The notes under the pieces were generated by a model. The model worked only from the letters and a program-made list of their open reading frames with translations. It was not told where the DNA came from and did not search any database. This document shows positions 11,836 to 23,812 of a stretch of 64,000 nucleotides of DNA, piece by piece. The position numbers and the translations under genes were made by a program. Origin of the DNA: Octopus vulgaris (taxonomy: Eukaryota); assembly GCA_951406725.2 (NCBI GenBank), contig OX597840.1:30690001-30754000 (forward strand), written 5' to 3'. The stretch's first letter is position 1; each line of letters opens with the position of its first letter.

Positions 11836-11910
11836 GTCTGTCTATCTATTAGTCTATCTATCTATCTATCTATCTATCTACCTATCTGTTTGTCTATCTA
11901 TCTATCAATC
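11585..11910. repeat. (ATCT)n/(GTCT)n tetranucleotide microsatellite
   Basis: Direct reading. Confidence 0.95.
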
Positions 11911-12052
11911 TTTTTTTTTACAGATCCCTTTTGATCGGAATTTTACATTTGTTTCCTTTTTTCCCCTTTTTCTTTTTCCATCTTCGAAAAGAAAAGCCCT
12001 ACATTTGTATTTGTCCCCTCTGTGTTCAGCCCTGTGCAACCAATAAAGAAAG
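11911..12052 (+). mobile_element. 3' end of a non-LTR element sharing its tail with the Meta-like SINE; second copy inverted at 48400-48535
   Basis: Ends TTGTCCCCTCTGTGTTCAGCCCTGTGCAACCAATAAAGAAA; upstream GATCCCTTTTGATC part is not in the SINE. Confidence 0.7.
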
Positions 12053-12701
12053 TTATCCATCCATCCATCCATCCATCTATCTACCCATCTTTCTAGCTAC
12101 CTATGAATTTGACTCTCTCCCTCTGTTTTTTACTGTATATCCATATATATATTTATCTATCGGTCACACCGTGTATCTAACCATCTATCTGTATATATAT
12201 ATATATATCTATTTATCTATACATCTATTTATATACCCATCTGTGTGTATGTATACCCACATATGCATGTGTGCGTGTATATATATATGTATATATATAG
12301 ACATATATATGTGTGTGTATGTATGCATGTATGTATAACTAACTATATACTGATATCTATCTAAGTATCTATATATCTTTTATCTTTCATTTGTTTTGGT
12401 CACTAGACTGTGGCCATGCTGGAGCATACCTTTATAATCTAACTTTTATGTATCTCTCTATCCATTTATTTATATACATCTATCTATCTATCTATATGTA
12501 TATGTCTGTCTTTCTACCTCTGTATCCATCTATACTGAGTGTGTGTATATATAAATATATATATATATATACATATTTTATATATAAATATATATATATA
12601 TATACTTAGTTTATTTATTATATACCTAATTGTTGTATGTACCTCTATATATCTTTCTATCCATGCGTTAGTATATATTTATCTTTATTTCCCTATCTTT
12701 A

Positions 12702-12761
<60 letters not shown>

Positions 12762-14347
12762 ATTGTAAATATCTATCAGGGTCCTTTTCTATGTGTTTCT
12801 ATCTATCTGTCTACATTTATCTATCTACTAAACTACCGATGTATATATATAGAATACAGATGTACAACCATCTCTCTATAAATCTATTTAACTATATTTA
12901 TCTATCCATCTCTTTCCATCACATTCTCACACATATATTATACATTTTACTACAACACGAAGCTAGTACACCCACTCATGCTCTTGAAACTCATATACAC
13001 CCGCACACTCATACATTTATACACACGCACACACAGAGCAATATGTGTATATTTACATGCCTATACTGAGATGCTCGAATGGATGCGCATATAGTCTGAC
13101 AACAAAACAGGCGCATTCGGAATCGAAGAAAGAAAGAGACACACACCCACACACACAGAGACGTGTCACTCTGGTAGAAAATACAAAGACGGGGCAGGAT
13201 ACGATACAAACAATACCTCAACTGCCGAAAGAAAAATTGCAAAGGAGAGAAAGAAAGAGGGAGAGAAAGAGAGAGGGAGAGTGTCGAATGGAGAGACAGA
13301 CATCTTTTTTTCTTTACTGTTTTCATCAACCAACTTGTATTTCTATCTCTTCATTATTTTATCTCTCTCACTCTATCTGTTAGTCTCTCTTTTTCTCTCC
13401 TTTCTCTCCTTTTGAGACCCCATCAATTTCAAATGTCTGCCAAAGCTAACCGATGCCAATACTGTAAAAATTGGCAAATCAGTGTGGAAAGTCGAGACAA
13501 ATGAAGACAGATACACAAAACGATAAGGTTTAACAATTTGGCAAATTCTTACCGAAACCGACAAAAAACCGTGTTTCTTTAAATGCACGCTATAACCGCC
13601 ACTGCGGCTCCCAACCCCCCAATCATCGTCATCAATTTCTCTGTTTACGAGTTACTGTCTCGGAAACAGTTACATCAGAAACTGACTCATTCATCTTACA
13701 CGCGATGCCTTACCATTAATGTATTTATATGTCATCTTCATCATCACGTCGTCTCTCAGTCTCCGTTGAAGACCCGTCTGTTTTGAATGACTAGTTTTGG
13801 TTCTATAAATATTGACTAACCAACTTTGATAGCTTGGTATCAATGAAATGCAGTTAACAGCTCGTCCTGTAAGATCCTTTTCTGTTATTATGTTAGCGCT
13901 GTCAGATTTGTCATATATTCTTCAGCCCCTTCTCAGAGGGTCCATCCATTCTAAATGTCTGATTCCGGAAAGATTGGCCAACCAACTTTGATAGCTTAGC
14001 ATGAATGAAAGGCAGTTACTAGCTCATCTTATGAGATATTTCACCACTATCGCAATGGTTTCAAATTTTGGCACAAGGCCAGCAGTTTCAAGGAGGCACG
14101 TTAGTCAATGGTATCAAGCCCTGTGATAAACTGTTATTTATTTCATTGACCCGCAAAAGAATGGAAAGTAAAGGCTACTGCAGTGGAATTTGAACTCAGA
14201 AATTAAAGAGGGATGGAATGCCACAGAGCATTTTGCCCTGTATGCTAATGATTCTGCCAGTTCATTACCTTATTTTCCCACAATTAAATTTGGTGCTGAT
14301 ATGGCTAAATGGTTAAGGAATTTGCTTACCAATCTCATGGTTGTAGG

Positions 14348-14702
14348 CACTAGCGTAGCTAAGGAGGGGGCAGTAAGGGTGGTCTGCCCCCAGCAGCCCT
14401 TTTCATCCTGTTGTAGGCTATTGCTGTAGGCTATTGTTTAGGCTATATGCGTTTTGAGTTCTAAGTTCAAATACCGCCGAGGTCGACTTTGCCTTTCATC
14501 CTTTCGAGGTCGATTAAATAAGTACCAGTTGCACTCTGGGGTCGATGTAATTGACTAAATCCCTTTGTCTGTCCTTGTTTGTCCCCTCTATGTCTAGCCC
14601 CTTGTGGACAAAAAAATAAATAAATAAATGTTTTTTTGCGTGGTCCGGGGGCGGCAAATGGAAGGGCCACCCTGGGTGGCATACATTGTAGCTATGCTAG
14701 TG
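14348..14702. mobile_element. hAT-like MITE containing a Meta-like SINE fragment (about 14455-14615), inserted in a CORE-like SINE head
   Basis: TIRs CACTAGCGTAGCTA / TAGCTATGCTAGTG; 8-bp TSD GTTGTAGG (14340-14347) / GTTGCAGG (14703-14710). Confidence 0.85.
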
Positions 14703-15292
14703 GTTGCAGGTTCAGTCCTACTGCACAGCACTTTGAGCAAGTGTCTTCTACTTCAGTCTAAGTCTGACTAAAGCCTCGTGAGTGGATAGATGGAAACTGA
14801 ATGAAGCCCATTGTGTGTGTGTTTGTATGTGCATGTTTGTGTGTGTGTGTGTGTGTGTATGTGTGCATATGTTTGTGTCTGCTTGCCATGACATCATTTC
14901 CGAGTTGTAAATGAGTGTCCCTGTCATACAAGTGGTGTCATTCATTTCCATTGTTCTGTCAAAACATGTCCGGCCACGAGGAAATATTACCTTGCTTGGA
15001 AACAGGCAAAAGTTGGGGTCAGAAAAAGCATCCGACCATAGTAAATCTGTCTCAACAAATTCCATCTGACCCATGCAAGCATGGAAATGGGGGTATAAAA
15101 TGACGATATTTTCTTCCAGCCTCTCTCAAAGGTCCATCTATTTCGCATGTCTGTGTAACAGGCCAGCAAATGTGGATTTTTGAAGATTGGCCAAACAAAG
15201 GACATGTTACCCTTTTGATACCAGTCTGCTCAAGACTGCTCCTTGGTCTTATCATATAAACTTACCATTTGAAAGTGATCTGTATTAAAACC

Positions 15293-15708
15293 TATTTCTT
15301 TACAACCCATAAGGGGCTAAACACAGAGAGCACAGACAAGGACAGACAAACGGATTAAGTCGATTACATAGACCCCATTGTGCAACTGGTACTTATTTAA
15401 CTGACCCCGAAAGGATGAAAGGCAAAGTTGACCTTGGCGGAATTTGAACTCAGAACGTAATGACAGACGAAATACCTATTTCTTTACTACCCACAAGGGG
15501 CTAAACACAGAGGGGGCAAACAAGGACAGACAAATGGATTAAGTCGATTATATCGACCCCAGTGCGTAACTGGTCCTTAATTTATCGACCCCGAAAGGAC
15601 GAAAGGCAAAGTCGACTTAGGCGGAATTTGAACTCAGAACATAGCGGCAGGAGAAATACCGCTAAGTATTTTGCCTGACGTGCTAACGTTTCTGCCAGCT
15701 CACCGCCT
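15293..15708 (-). mobile_element. Meta-like SINE dimer
   Basis: Two units joined at GAAATACCTATTTC, single head at the 15708 end. Confidence 0.9.
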
Positions 15709-16364
15709 GTATTAAAACCTTGTATCAAAAGTTCATGGCTATGGTATTTGTTAGCTTAAAAGATGTCTGGGTATATTAGACATACCCTGATTTCAACAGT
15801 ACATCAACATCATTCAATGTCTCTATTCCATACTGGCATAGGTTGGACAGTTTGACCAGTGCTAGTTAGGCCAAGGGCTACACCAGGCTCCATTATCTGC
15901 TCTAATGCCCTTCCTAATGGCAACCACTCCACAGAATGTACTGGATGCTTTTCATGTGACACCAACACCAGTGCTTTTAATGTGGTACCAGCATGAATGC
16001 TTTTCATGTAGCACCAGCACCAATTTCACTTCTTCTATGGTGGAGAGATCTTCTTATGGTCAGCAAGGCACCAAATTCCTTGGTCTTTTGCCATCCCCTT
16101 TGTAAGGTTCAGTGTTTTGAGATTGGCCTTTAATACTTTGCCCACATATTCAGGAATTAAAAAAAAAATGCTTTCAGTGAACTAAAGGTTATGGAGGCCT
16201 AAATTGACCTTTAGGACCTGAAGTGATTCTTTTCTCAGACATTTTTAGTGTTAAGAAGGGCATCCAGGTGTAGAAACCATTGCCAAAGCAGACAATAGAG
16301 TTTGGTGAGGTTCTCTGGTTTGCCAGCTCATGTCAAACCATCCAGCCCATGAGTTGGAAGGTTT

Positions 16365-16865
16365 CATCATCATCATCATCATCCTCCTCCTCATCATCAT
16401 CATCATCATCCTCATCATCATCATTTAACGTCCGCTTTTCATGCTGGCATGGGTTGGACAATTTGACTGAGGGCTGGTGAACCAGATGGCTGCATCAGGC
16501 TCCAGTCTTGATCTGGCAGAGTTTCTACAGCTGGATGCCCTTCTTAACTCCAAGAGTGTAGTGGGTGGTTTTACGTGCCACCAGCACGAGGGCCAGTCTG
16601 ATGGTACTGGCAATGGCCACGCTAGAAATGGTGTTTTTTACGTGCCACCTACACAGGAATCAGTCCAGCAGCACTGGCAATGACCTCACTGGGATGCCAG
16701 GAGGCTGCACTAGGCTCCAGTCTGATCTGGCAGTGTTTCTACAGCTGGATGCCCTTCTTAACGCCAACCACTCCGAGAGTGTAGTGGGTGGTTTTATGTG
16801 CCTCCGGCACAAGGGCCAGTTAGGCGGTACTAACAACGGCCATGCATGAAATGGTGTTTTATACA
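16365..16865 (-). mobile_element. RTE 3' UTR fragments with (GAT)n tail and an internal duplication
   Basis: Match to the RTE 3' UTR; the TTTCTACAGCTGGATGCCCTTC block appears twice. Confidence 0.8.
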
Positions 16866-17634
16866 TGCGGAAAATAGACAGATGATGATGATGATAATGA
16901 AGATGATGGTGATAGTGGTGGTGGTGGGTTTTGTTTATGATGTTTCTTATATGCCATCAAATACAGTAAATAGGTTTATTCCAAACACCAACTTAATAGC
17001 GACAAAGAATTTTACAAAATTCTTCAGTTATTTTCAGAATTAATTGAAACAAAATAGCATTTTTCAACAGAAACATGATCAGGAAAAGGGTTTATAGCAC
17101 AGGGCAGCTTATGGGATATTTTTCCAGGAATTAATTATTAAACCCGATCAGTATAACCAGAGGCAATGCTGGTGGTCTGTCTCAGTATTTTTATTGGGTG
17201 GGGTCACACTTTTAAGTCTGCTGTATAATGCTGTACTGGAAATGACAGTGGGGGTGACAAAACTCAAGGGCTCAACTTACCATTTAGTTGTGCCGTGCCA
17301 CTAAACGGATTATCTTTCTCATGTCTTCTTCTCGGTCTTTCTGAAAGACCCACCAACTTCAAATATCTCTGCATCAAAACTAGACTCACAATGAACAAGT
17401 CCTGGGGTCGATTTGCTCGACAAAAGGCGGTGCTCCAGCATGGCCACAGTCAAATGACCGAAACAAGTAAAAGAGTAAAAGAGAAAAGTAGTTAGTAACC
17501 ATTAAAGCGCTCCACTGGAGAAGCTGGCAGGTGAGGGCAGGGTCGAAGTGGATGAGGGTGATGATGTGGAGCGAGGGAGTGGTTAGATGGTAGGATAGGA
17601 TGGAGGGAACCAGAGGGAGAAGGAGGGTGTTTCT

Positions 17635-17963
17635 GTTTACTCTTTTACTTGTTTCAGTCATTTGACTGCGGCCATGCTGGAGCACCGCCTTTAGTCGAGC
17701 AAATCAACCCAGGACTTATTCTTTTGTAAGCCGAGTACTTATTATATCAGTCTCTTTTGCCAAACCGCTAAGTGATGGGGACATAAACACACCAGCATCG
17801 GTTGTCAAGCAATGCTGGGGGGACAAACACAGACACACAAACATACACACACACTTATATATATATATACATATATACGACAGGCTTCTTTCAGATTCCG
17901 TCTACCAAATCCACTCACAAGGCATTGGTTGGCCTGGGGCTATAGCAGAAGACACTTGCCCAG
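17635..17963 (-). mobile_element. CORE-like tRNA SINE, 5'-truncated
   Basis: Same family as 18762-19180; tail reads (CTCTTTTA)n on the plus strand. Confidence 0.85.
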
Positions 17964-17965
17964 TG

Positions 17966-17996
<31 letters not shown>

Positions 17997-17999
<3 letters not shown>

Positions 18000-18365
18000 C
18001 ATTGTGTACAGTGCTCAGGTGCACTACAACTCATCTAAAGTGTATGTATAATCAGGTGTAGTTTCGGCGGATTTCGGAAAGCATGAGGGCCTTAACCCTT
18101 TCATTACCAACCCGGCTAAAACCGGCTCTGGCTCTGTAGTACAAATGTCTTGTTTTCGTAAGTTTTGCATTAAAATATACCACCAGACCTTAGTTGCAAT
18201 TTATATTCCTAACACTAGCTTAATGATAACTAAGTTATTTTACTAAATTCTTTGTTATACTTTAAATTATTTGAAAGAAGCACAGAGCATCTCAAAATAA
18301 ATACAGTAACGAAAGGGTTAAAGGATGCAGCGTCATGGCAGTCAACAACTGACGCAGGCAGTTTA
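17997..18365 (-). mobile_element. CR1-clade LINE 3' end interrupted by a piggyBac-like MITE
   Basis: Minus strand encodes KLPASVVDCHDAASF, homologous to the CR1 end at 59008-59284. Confidence 0.75.
18096..18317. mobile_element. 222-bp piggyBac-like MITE
   Basis: TIRs CCCTTTCATTAC / GTAACGAAAGGG; TTAA TSD at 18092-18095 and 18318-18321. Confidence 0.92.
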
Positions 18366-18761
18366 GAACCAGCAGATGATGCAGATTCTGCAAGGATTGA
18401 CAAATCAAGTCGACACCTTGGTGCCAATATAAGACACGGTAAATAGCAAACAATAAAGTGTAGCAACTTGGCAACTTGGCAACTTGGCAACTTGGCACCA
18501 AGTCTACAATTACAAAAACACCTTGGGGTGGGGACGTAGTATCACATTATTCCTTCTTCTCTCTGACACACCCAAAGAAATATCCTCACCAATGTCTAAA
18601 TTTAAATGTTAATGCTTCAGTGAATGATATACTGTAAATGGTTCATCTTTTATGCAGTTTATGTCCATTAATTTATTAAATTATTCGCAGTCATCTGCAC
18701 GTGCAGCATATGTTTTGTTGGTGCATCAACATGCATGTTGTTATATTCATTGACATATATC

Positions 18762-18940
18762 GGCATAGGAGTGGCTGTGTGGTAAGCAGCTTGTTTACGA
18801 ACCATATGGTTCCGGGTTCAGTCCCACTGCGCGTGGCACCTCGAGCAAGTGTCTTCTACTATAACCTCAGGCCGACCAAAGCTTTGTGAGTGGAATTGGT
18901 AGACAGAAACCGAAAGAAGCCTGTCGTATATATGCATATG

Positions 18941-18981
<41 letters not shown>

Positions 18982-19180
18982 CTGTGTTTGTTCCCCCAAC
19001 ATCGCTTGACAACCAATGCTGGTGTGTTTACGTCCCTGTAACTTAGCGGTTCAGCAAAAGAAACCAATAGAATAAGTACTAGGCTTACAATGAATAAGTC
19101 CTGGGGTCGATTTGCTTGAGTAAAGGTGGTGCTCCAGCATGGCCACAGTCAAATGACTGAAACAAGTAAAAGAGTAAGAG
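18762..19180 (+). mobile_element. Full-length CORE-like tRNA SINE with an internal (TA)n(TG)n tract
   Basis: A box TGGCTGTGTGGT, B box GGTTCAGTCCC, CORE-like GCAAGTGTCTT, internal microsatellite, tail GAAACAAGTAAAAGAG. Confidence 0.9.
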
Positions 19181-19257
19181 TATATATACATATATATATA
19201 TATATTATACAATATAATAATTATATATTTCTCTTATATACAGATATAATATACATA

Positions 19258-19343
<86 letters not shown>

Positions 19344-19862
19344 TACAAAGGGTTTCTCTGACTTTCCATCTATCAAATCCACTCGCAAGGCTTTGGTTAG
19401 CCCAAGGCTATAGTAGAAGACACTTGCCAAAAATGCCAAGCAGTGGAATTGAACCCAAAATCCTGTGGTTGGGAAGCAAACCTCTTACCACGCAGCCATG
19501 CCAATGTATATTGCTTCATAAGGTACCAGTAAAATGCTGGGGTTTGTCCAGTTAAATATATCTCTTTTTTCTAAAAGGTGACGATGACCTTGTTTCAATG
19601 TTAAAAATCACGTTTTCAGATTTTTATGCTCTTTTGATTAAAAATGCCAGAAAGATAAACTTCAAGTGTTTATAATCTTCAGTTTTTAAAGGCAATGACA
19701 TTTTGTCAGAGTCATCCAAGTGTCAGAACGAGTGGTTGGCACCATTGACTTTCGGTCTCTGCATTCTGAGTTCAAATCCCCACAGTCAACTGTTTTTTAC
19801 CCTTTCGGGGGATGATAATGTATCAGTCTCTTGCTGGAGTCTATTTCTCAGCCCCACCCTCA

Positions 19863-19903
<41 letters not shown>

Positions 19904-20075
19904 TCCCCTCACTCATTCTCAAAGAAGAAGAAGGAGGAGGAGGAGGAGGTAGCGTGTTTGGATCTGGAGCGGGGTAGATTTTAAGGATTCCTATGATGTA
20001 TGTTGCAAAGGGGCAAAATTTGCCCTCTTAGAAGTTGAGGAGCCCAAAAAAGAAGAAATGAAATGGTTGTCTTTG

Positions 20076-20129
<54 letters not shown>

Positions 20130-20133
20130 CACA

Positions 20134-20301
20134 TAGGTGCAGAAGTGGCTGTGTGGTAAGTAGCTTGCTTACCAACCACATGGTTCCGGGTTCAGTCCCA
20201 CTGCGTGGCACCATGGGTAAGTGTCTTCTGCTATAGCCTTGGGCCGACCAATGCCTTGTGAGTGGATTTGGTTGATGGAAACTGAAAGAAGCCTGTCATA
20301 G

Positions 20302-20385
<84 letters not shown>

Positions 20386-20587
20386 TTGTGTGTCTGTGTT
20401 TGTCCCCCTAGCATTGCTTGACAACCGATGCTGGTGTGTTTACGTCCCCGTCACTTAGCGGTTCGGCAAAAGAGACCGATAGAATAAGTACTGGGCTTAC
20501 AAAGAATAAGTACCAGGGTCGATTTGCTCAACTAAAGGCGGTGCTCCAGCATGGCCCCAGTCAAATGACTGAAACAAGTAAAAGATA
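20134..20587 (+). mobile_element. Full-length CORE-like SINE
   Basis: Same architecture as 18762-19180. Confidence 0.9.
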
Positions 20588-21463
20588 ATAATTTCTACTA
20601 TAGGCACAAGGCCTGGAGTTTTGGGAGAGGAGGAAAGTCGATTATATTGACCCCAATACTCAACTGGTACTTAATTTATCACCCCTAAAAGGATCAAAGG
20701 CAAAGTTGACCTTAGCAGAATTTGAACTCAGAACATTAAGATTGACAAAATATTGCTAAGCATTTTGTCCAGCATGCTAACAATTCTGCCTAGCAACAAG
20801 GCCAGCAATTTTAAGGGAAAGGGATATCAATGTTATCGACCCCTGTTTTCAACAGGTATTTATTTTATTGACTCCAAGGGCCTCAAATGACCACTTGAAA
20901 GAAGCCCCTCTTTGGCCCCACATAGTAATGCATATGATAAATGGTTAATGCAGAAAAATATGTAAATTTTCTTGACGATGTGCGCAATTAAAAACGTTAC
21001 ATCGTTGTGTAACCATTAGAAAATTAATAAGGGAAAACAAAAAAATAACATTAAAAAAACAAATAACAAAAATAAAAAATTCACTCATTTATAGATTAAC
21101 AGGATAATGAATGCAATTAGATGGTTTGTGAAGCAAAATTTATTAATCAAAAAGAATTTACTACTGCTACAACTACTAGAATTATTATTATTATTATTAT
21201 TATTAATTTTGGCTGATAATTAAATTACCATCTCTCTGAAATATTGCTTTATTTTGTTCCATATGGTTTGGAATCGGATGGGCATTCTTTACAGACTATG
21301 AAGACCCTTTTTGTATTGGCAAAAATTATGGTCCAACATGGTTAATGAGATTAATATGGCATTTGAAATTGATGTTGTTGTTGACTGCGCGGTTAAGAAG
21401 TTTGCTTCCAAACCTCACGGTTCTGGGTTCAATCTCACTGTGTTGCACCATGGGCATGTGTTT

Positions 21464-21760
21464 GGAGGCACATGGCCTAGTGGTTAGAGCAGCGGACTCA
21501 CAGTCGAGGGATCATGGGTTCGAATCTCAGACCGGGCGATGTGTTTGTTTGTGATATGAGCAAAACACCTAAGCTCCGCACGGCTCCGGCAGAAAGTAAT
21601 GGCGAACTTCTGCTGACTCTCTCGCCACAACTTTTTCTCGTTCTTTCCTCTTGCAGCTCACCTGCGATGGACCAGCATCCCGTCCAGGTGAGGAACCTAT
21701 ATGCCAAGGAAACCGGGAAACCGGCCCTTATGAGCCAGGCGTGACTCGAGAAGGAACATT
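21464..21760 (+). mobile_element. V-SINE-like tRNA SINE nested in a CORE-like SINE
   Basis: A box TGGCCTAGTGG, B box GGTTCGAATCT, CCTGCGATGGACCAGCATCCCGTCCAGG motif; 11-bp TSD GGCATGTGTTT at 21453-21463 and 21761-21771. Confidence 0.85.
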
Positions 21761-22360
21761 GGCATGTGTTTCAGACCCAGCCTTATTCTGACCAAAGCCT
21801 TGTGAGTGGATTTCGTAGATGGAAACTGAAAGAAGCCTGTCATATATGTGTGTGTGTGTGTGTGTATCTGTCTATCTGTCTTACTATCTATCTATTCATC
21901 TATTTAGCCATCAATCTATCTAGCTCAGTATTAACACTGCCTGTGTCGCTATTATATATTTGTTAAAAAACTAACTGGAAAATCACAACCCCAGTACCCT
22001 TCTGACACTGCTAATCCAATCTATATATTGTTCACAGGGAGAGGAATCACTGCTATCTCTAGTGGTCAAGTGTCCATCATTGACAAGACCGTTCATGGTC
22101 AAATTGTGTGATCTTAGTGGGTTCAGTGCTGGAGGTAGCTGAGATTTATCTTCCCATTAGTGATGTAAACCAATATGCATTTTGCACCAGAAAGCCAATA
22201 TGAGAACTTCTCTCATGGTAACTGTTCCAGTATAGCTTGTTCTAATAGAACATCAACTTTAAGTGGGGATGAATATCACCTCTTGTTATTAATACTGGCA
22301 CTGTCACTAATATATATATTCTTTAACAGAGTAATCTGAACAATTATATATATATATATA

Positions 22361-22620
22361 CATCACCTTCGAAACGTAGAGTAGATAAAGCCATGGCGAC
22401 TGAAGAAGGGGTTTTTTCCTTGTGTTATTTGTCCTGTACTCTATTTTTTTGTTGTTTAAGAAAAATGTCCAGTTCCTTGGGTTTGTGTCTATGTTTTCGT
22501 TTCTCATTGTGTTCGACGTTTTTTTGGTGACCTGTACTCATATATGCGTGTATATATACATGTAGAGGTTTGTATGTACATATATGTATACATATATATG
22601 CATATGTTTTATTTATTAAT
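22361..22620 (+). mobile_element. (TA)n-flanked interspersed repeat, family C; inverted homolog at about 48045-48278
   Basis: Shared CTGAAGA-hairpin-TGTACTCT...CCTGTACTCATATATGC...CATATGTTTTATT. Confidence 0.75.
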
Positions 22621-22644
22621 ATATATATATATATATATATATAA

Positions 22645-22853
22645 AGTTAATCCAAACAAGAAAACACAAAAAAAAACCAAAAAAACACAGCAACGCGAGG
22701 ACGTGGAACAAATAAAGTATTATTGGACGCTCAGGAAAGAAGGGAAGAAGGAGGGTTTAACGTTTCGAGCGGAGCTCTTCATCAGAAACATAGGAGAAAC
22801 ATAGGAGAAGGGAAGACAGAGGAAAAAAATCGGCAGCGGTACTCACGAGGCCA
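22645..22853 (-). mobile_element. Hammerhead-bearing short repeat, family A
   Basis: Homologous to 3755-3953; both ends abut (TA)n. Confidence 0.75.
22755..22789 (-). ncRNA. Minimal type I hammerhead ribozyme with an intact core
   Basis: Minus strand GUUU-CUGAUGA-A-GAGC(UCC)GCUC-GAAA-CG-UU^AAAC; stem I GUUU/AAAC, stem II GAGC/GCUC, palindromic ACGU stem III; predicted cut between 22759 and 22758. Confidence 0.8.
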
Positions 22854-23022
22854 TATATATATATACAAGGATATTATTGTTTATAATAATATCAATGGCT
22901 TAGCATGCATAAAAAAATTCATAACAGTATTAAGTATTAATTGATAATGTATATATATAAATATATATGTATTGATTAAGTCTTTCCTTGTTTGTTTTGC
23001 AAAATAGTGGTTTTGTCTCGAA

Positions 23023-23055
<33 letters not shown>

Positions 23056-23405
23056 TAGGCGCAGGAGTGGCTGTGTGGTAAGTAGCTTGCTAACCAACCA
23101 CATGGTTCTGGGTTTAGTCCACTGCGTGGCATCTTGGGCAAGTGTCTTCTGCTATAGCCCCGGGCCGACCAAAGCCTTGTGAGGGGATTCGGTAGACAAA
23201 CACAGACACACAAACATATACACACACATATATATATACATATATATGTATGTGTGTGTGTTTGTCAGTTTCCGTCTACCAAATCCACTCACAAGGCATT
23301 GGTCAGCCCGGGGCGATAGCAGAAGTACACTTGCCCAAGATGTCCACGCAGGGGACTGAACCCGGAACCATGTGGTTGGTTAGCAAGCTACTAACCACAC
23401 AGCCA

Positions 23406-23408
<3 letters not shown>
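23056..23408. mobile_element. Two CORE-like SINE 5' halves in inverted orientation (+ 23056-23196, - about 23265-23408)
   Basis: Reverse-complementary heads separated by about 70 nt. Confidence 0.85.
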
Positions 23409-23458
<50 letters not shown>

Positions 23459-23812
23459 TGGTGTTACTCCAGCATGACCACGCCTTTGGGCAGAAACATA
23501 TAAAAGAAAAAATAATATACACACACAGACACATATATATATAGAGAGAGAGAGATACACAAAGACACACACTTATGTGTGTGTGTCTGTGTTTGTCACC
23601 CTACCATTTGATGATTGGTGTTGTTTTGTATCCGTCCTTCATAGCTTAGCAGTTCAACAAAAGAGACTTACCAAATAAGTACCAGACTTAACAACAAAAA
23701 ACAAACGAAAGTACTGGAATTGAATTGTTTGACTCAAACTTGTCATAGCAGTGCTCCAGCATGGTCACAGTCAAATAACTGAAACAAATAAAAGATATAA
23801 GGAAGGTCTGTA

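Noticed and set aside
21464-21540. tRNA gene
   Set aside because: A and B boxes are present, but the sequence continues into a SINE body bounded by TSDs; the same holds for the other SINE heads.
22030-22310. Host exon after TTGTTCACAG, or a decayed LINE endonuclease on minus
   Set aside because: No recognisable peptide, weak donor, and the endonuclease-like words are too fragmentary.
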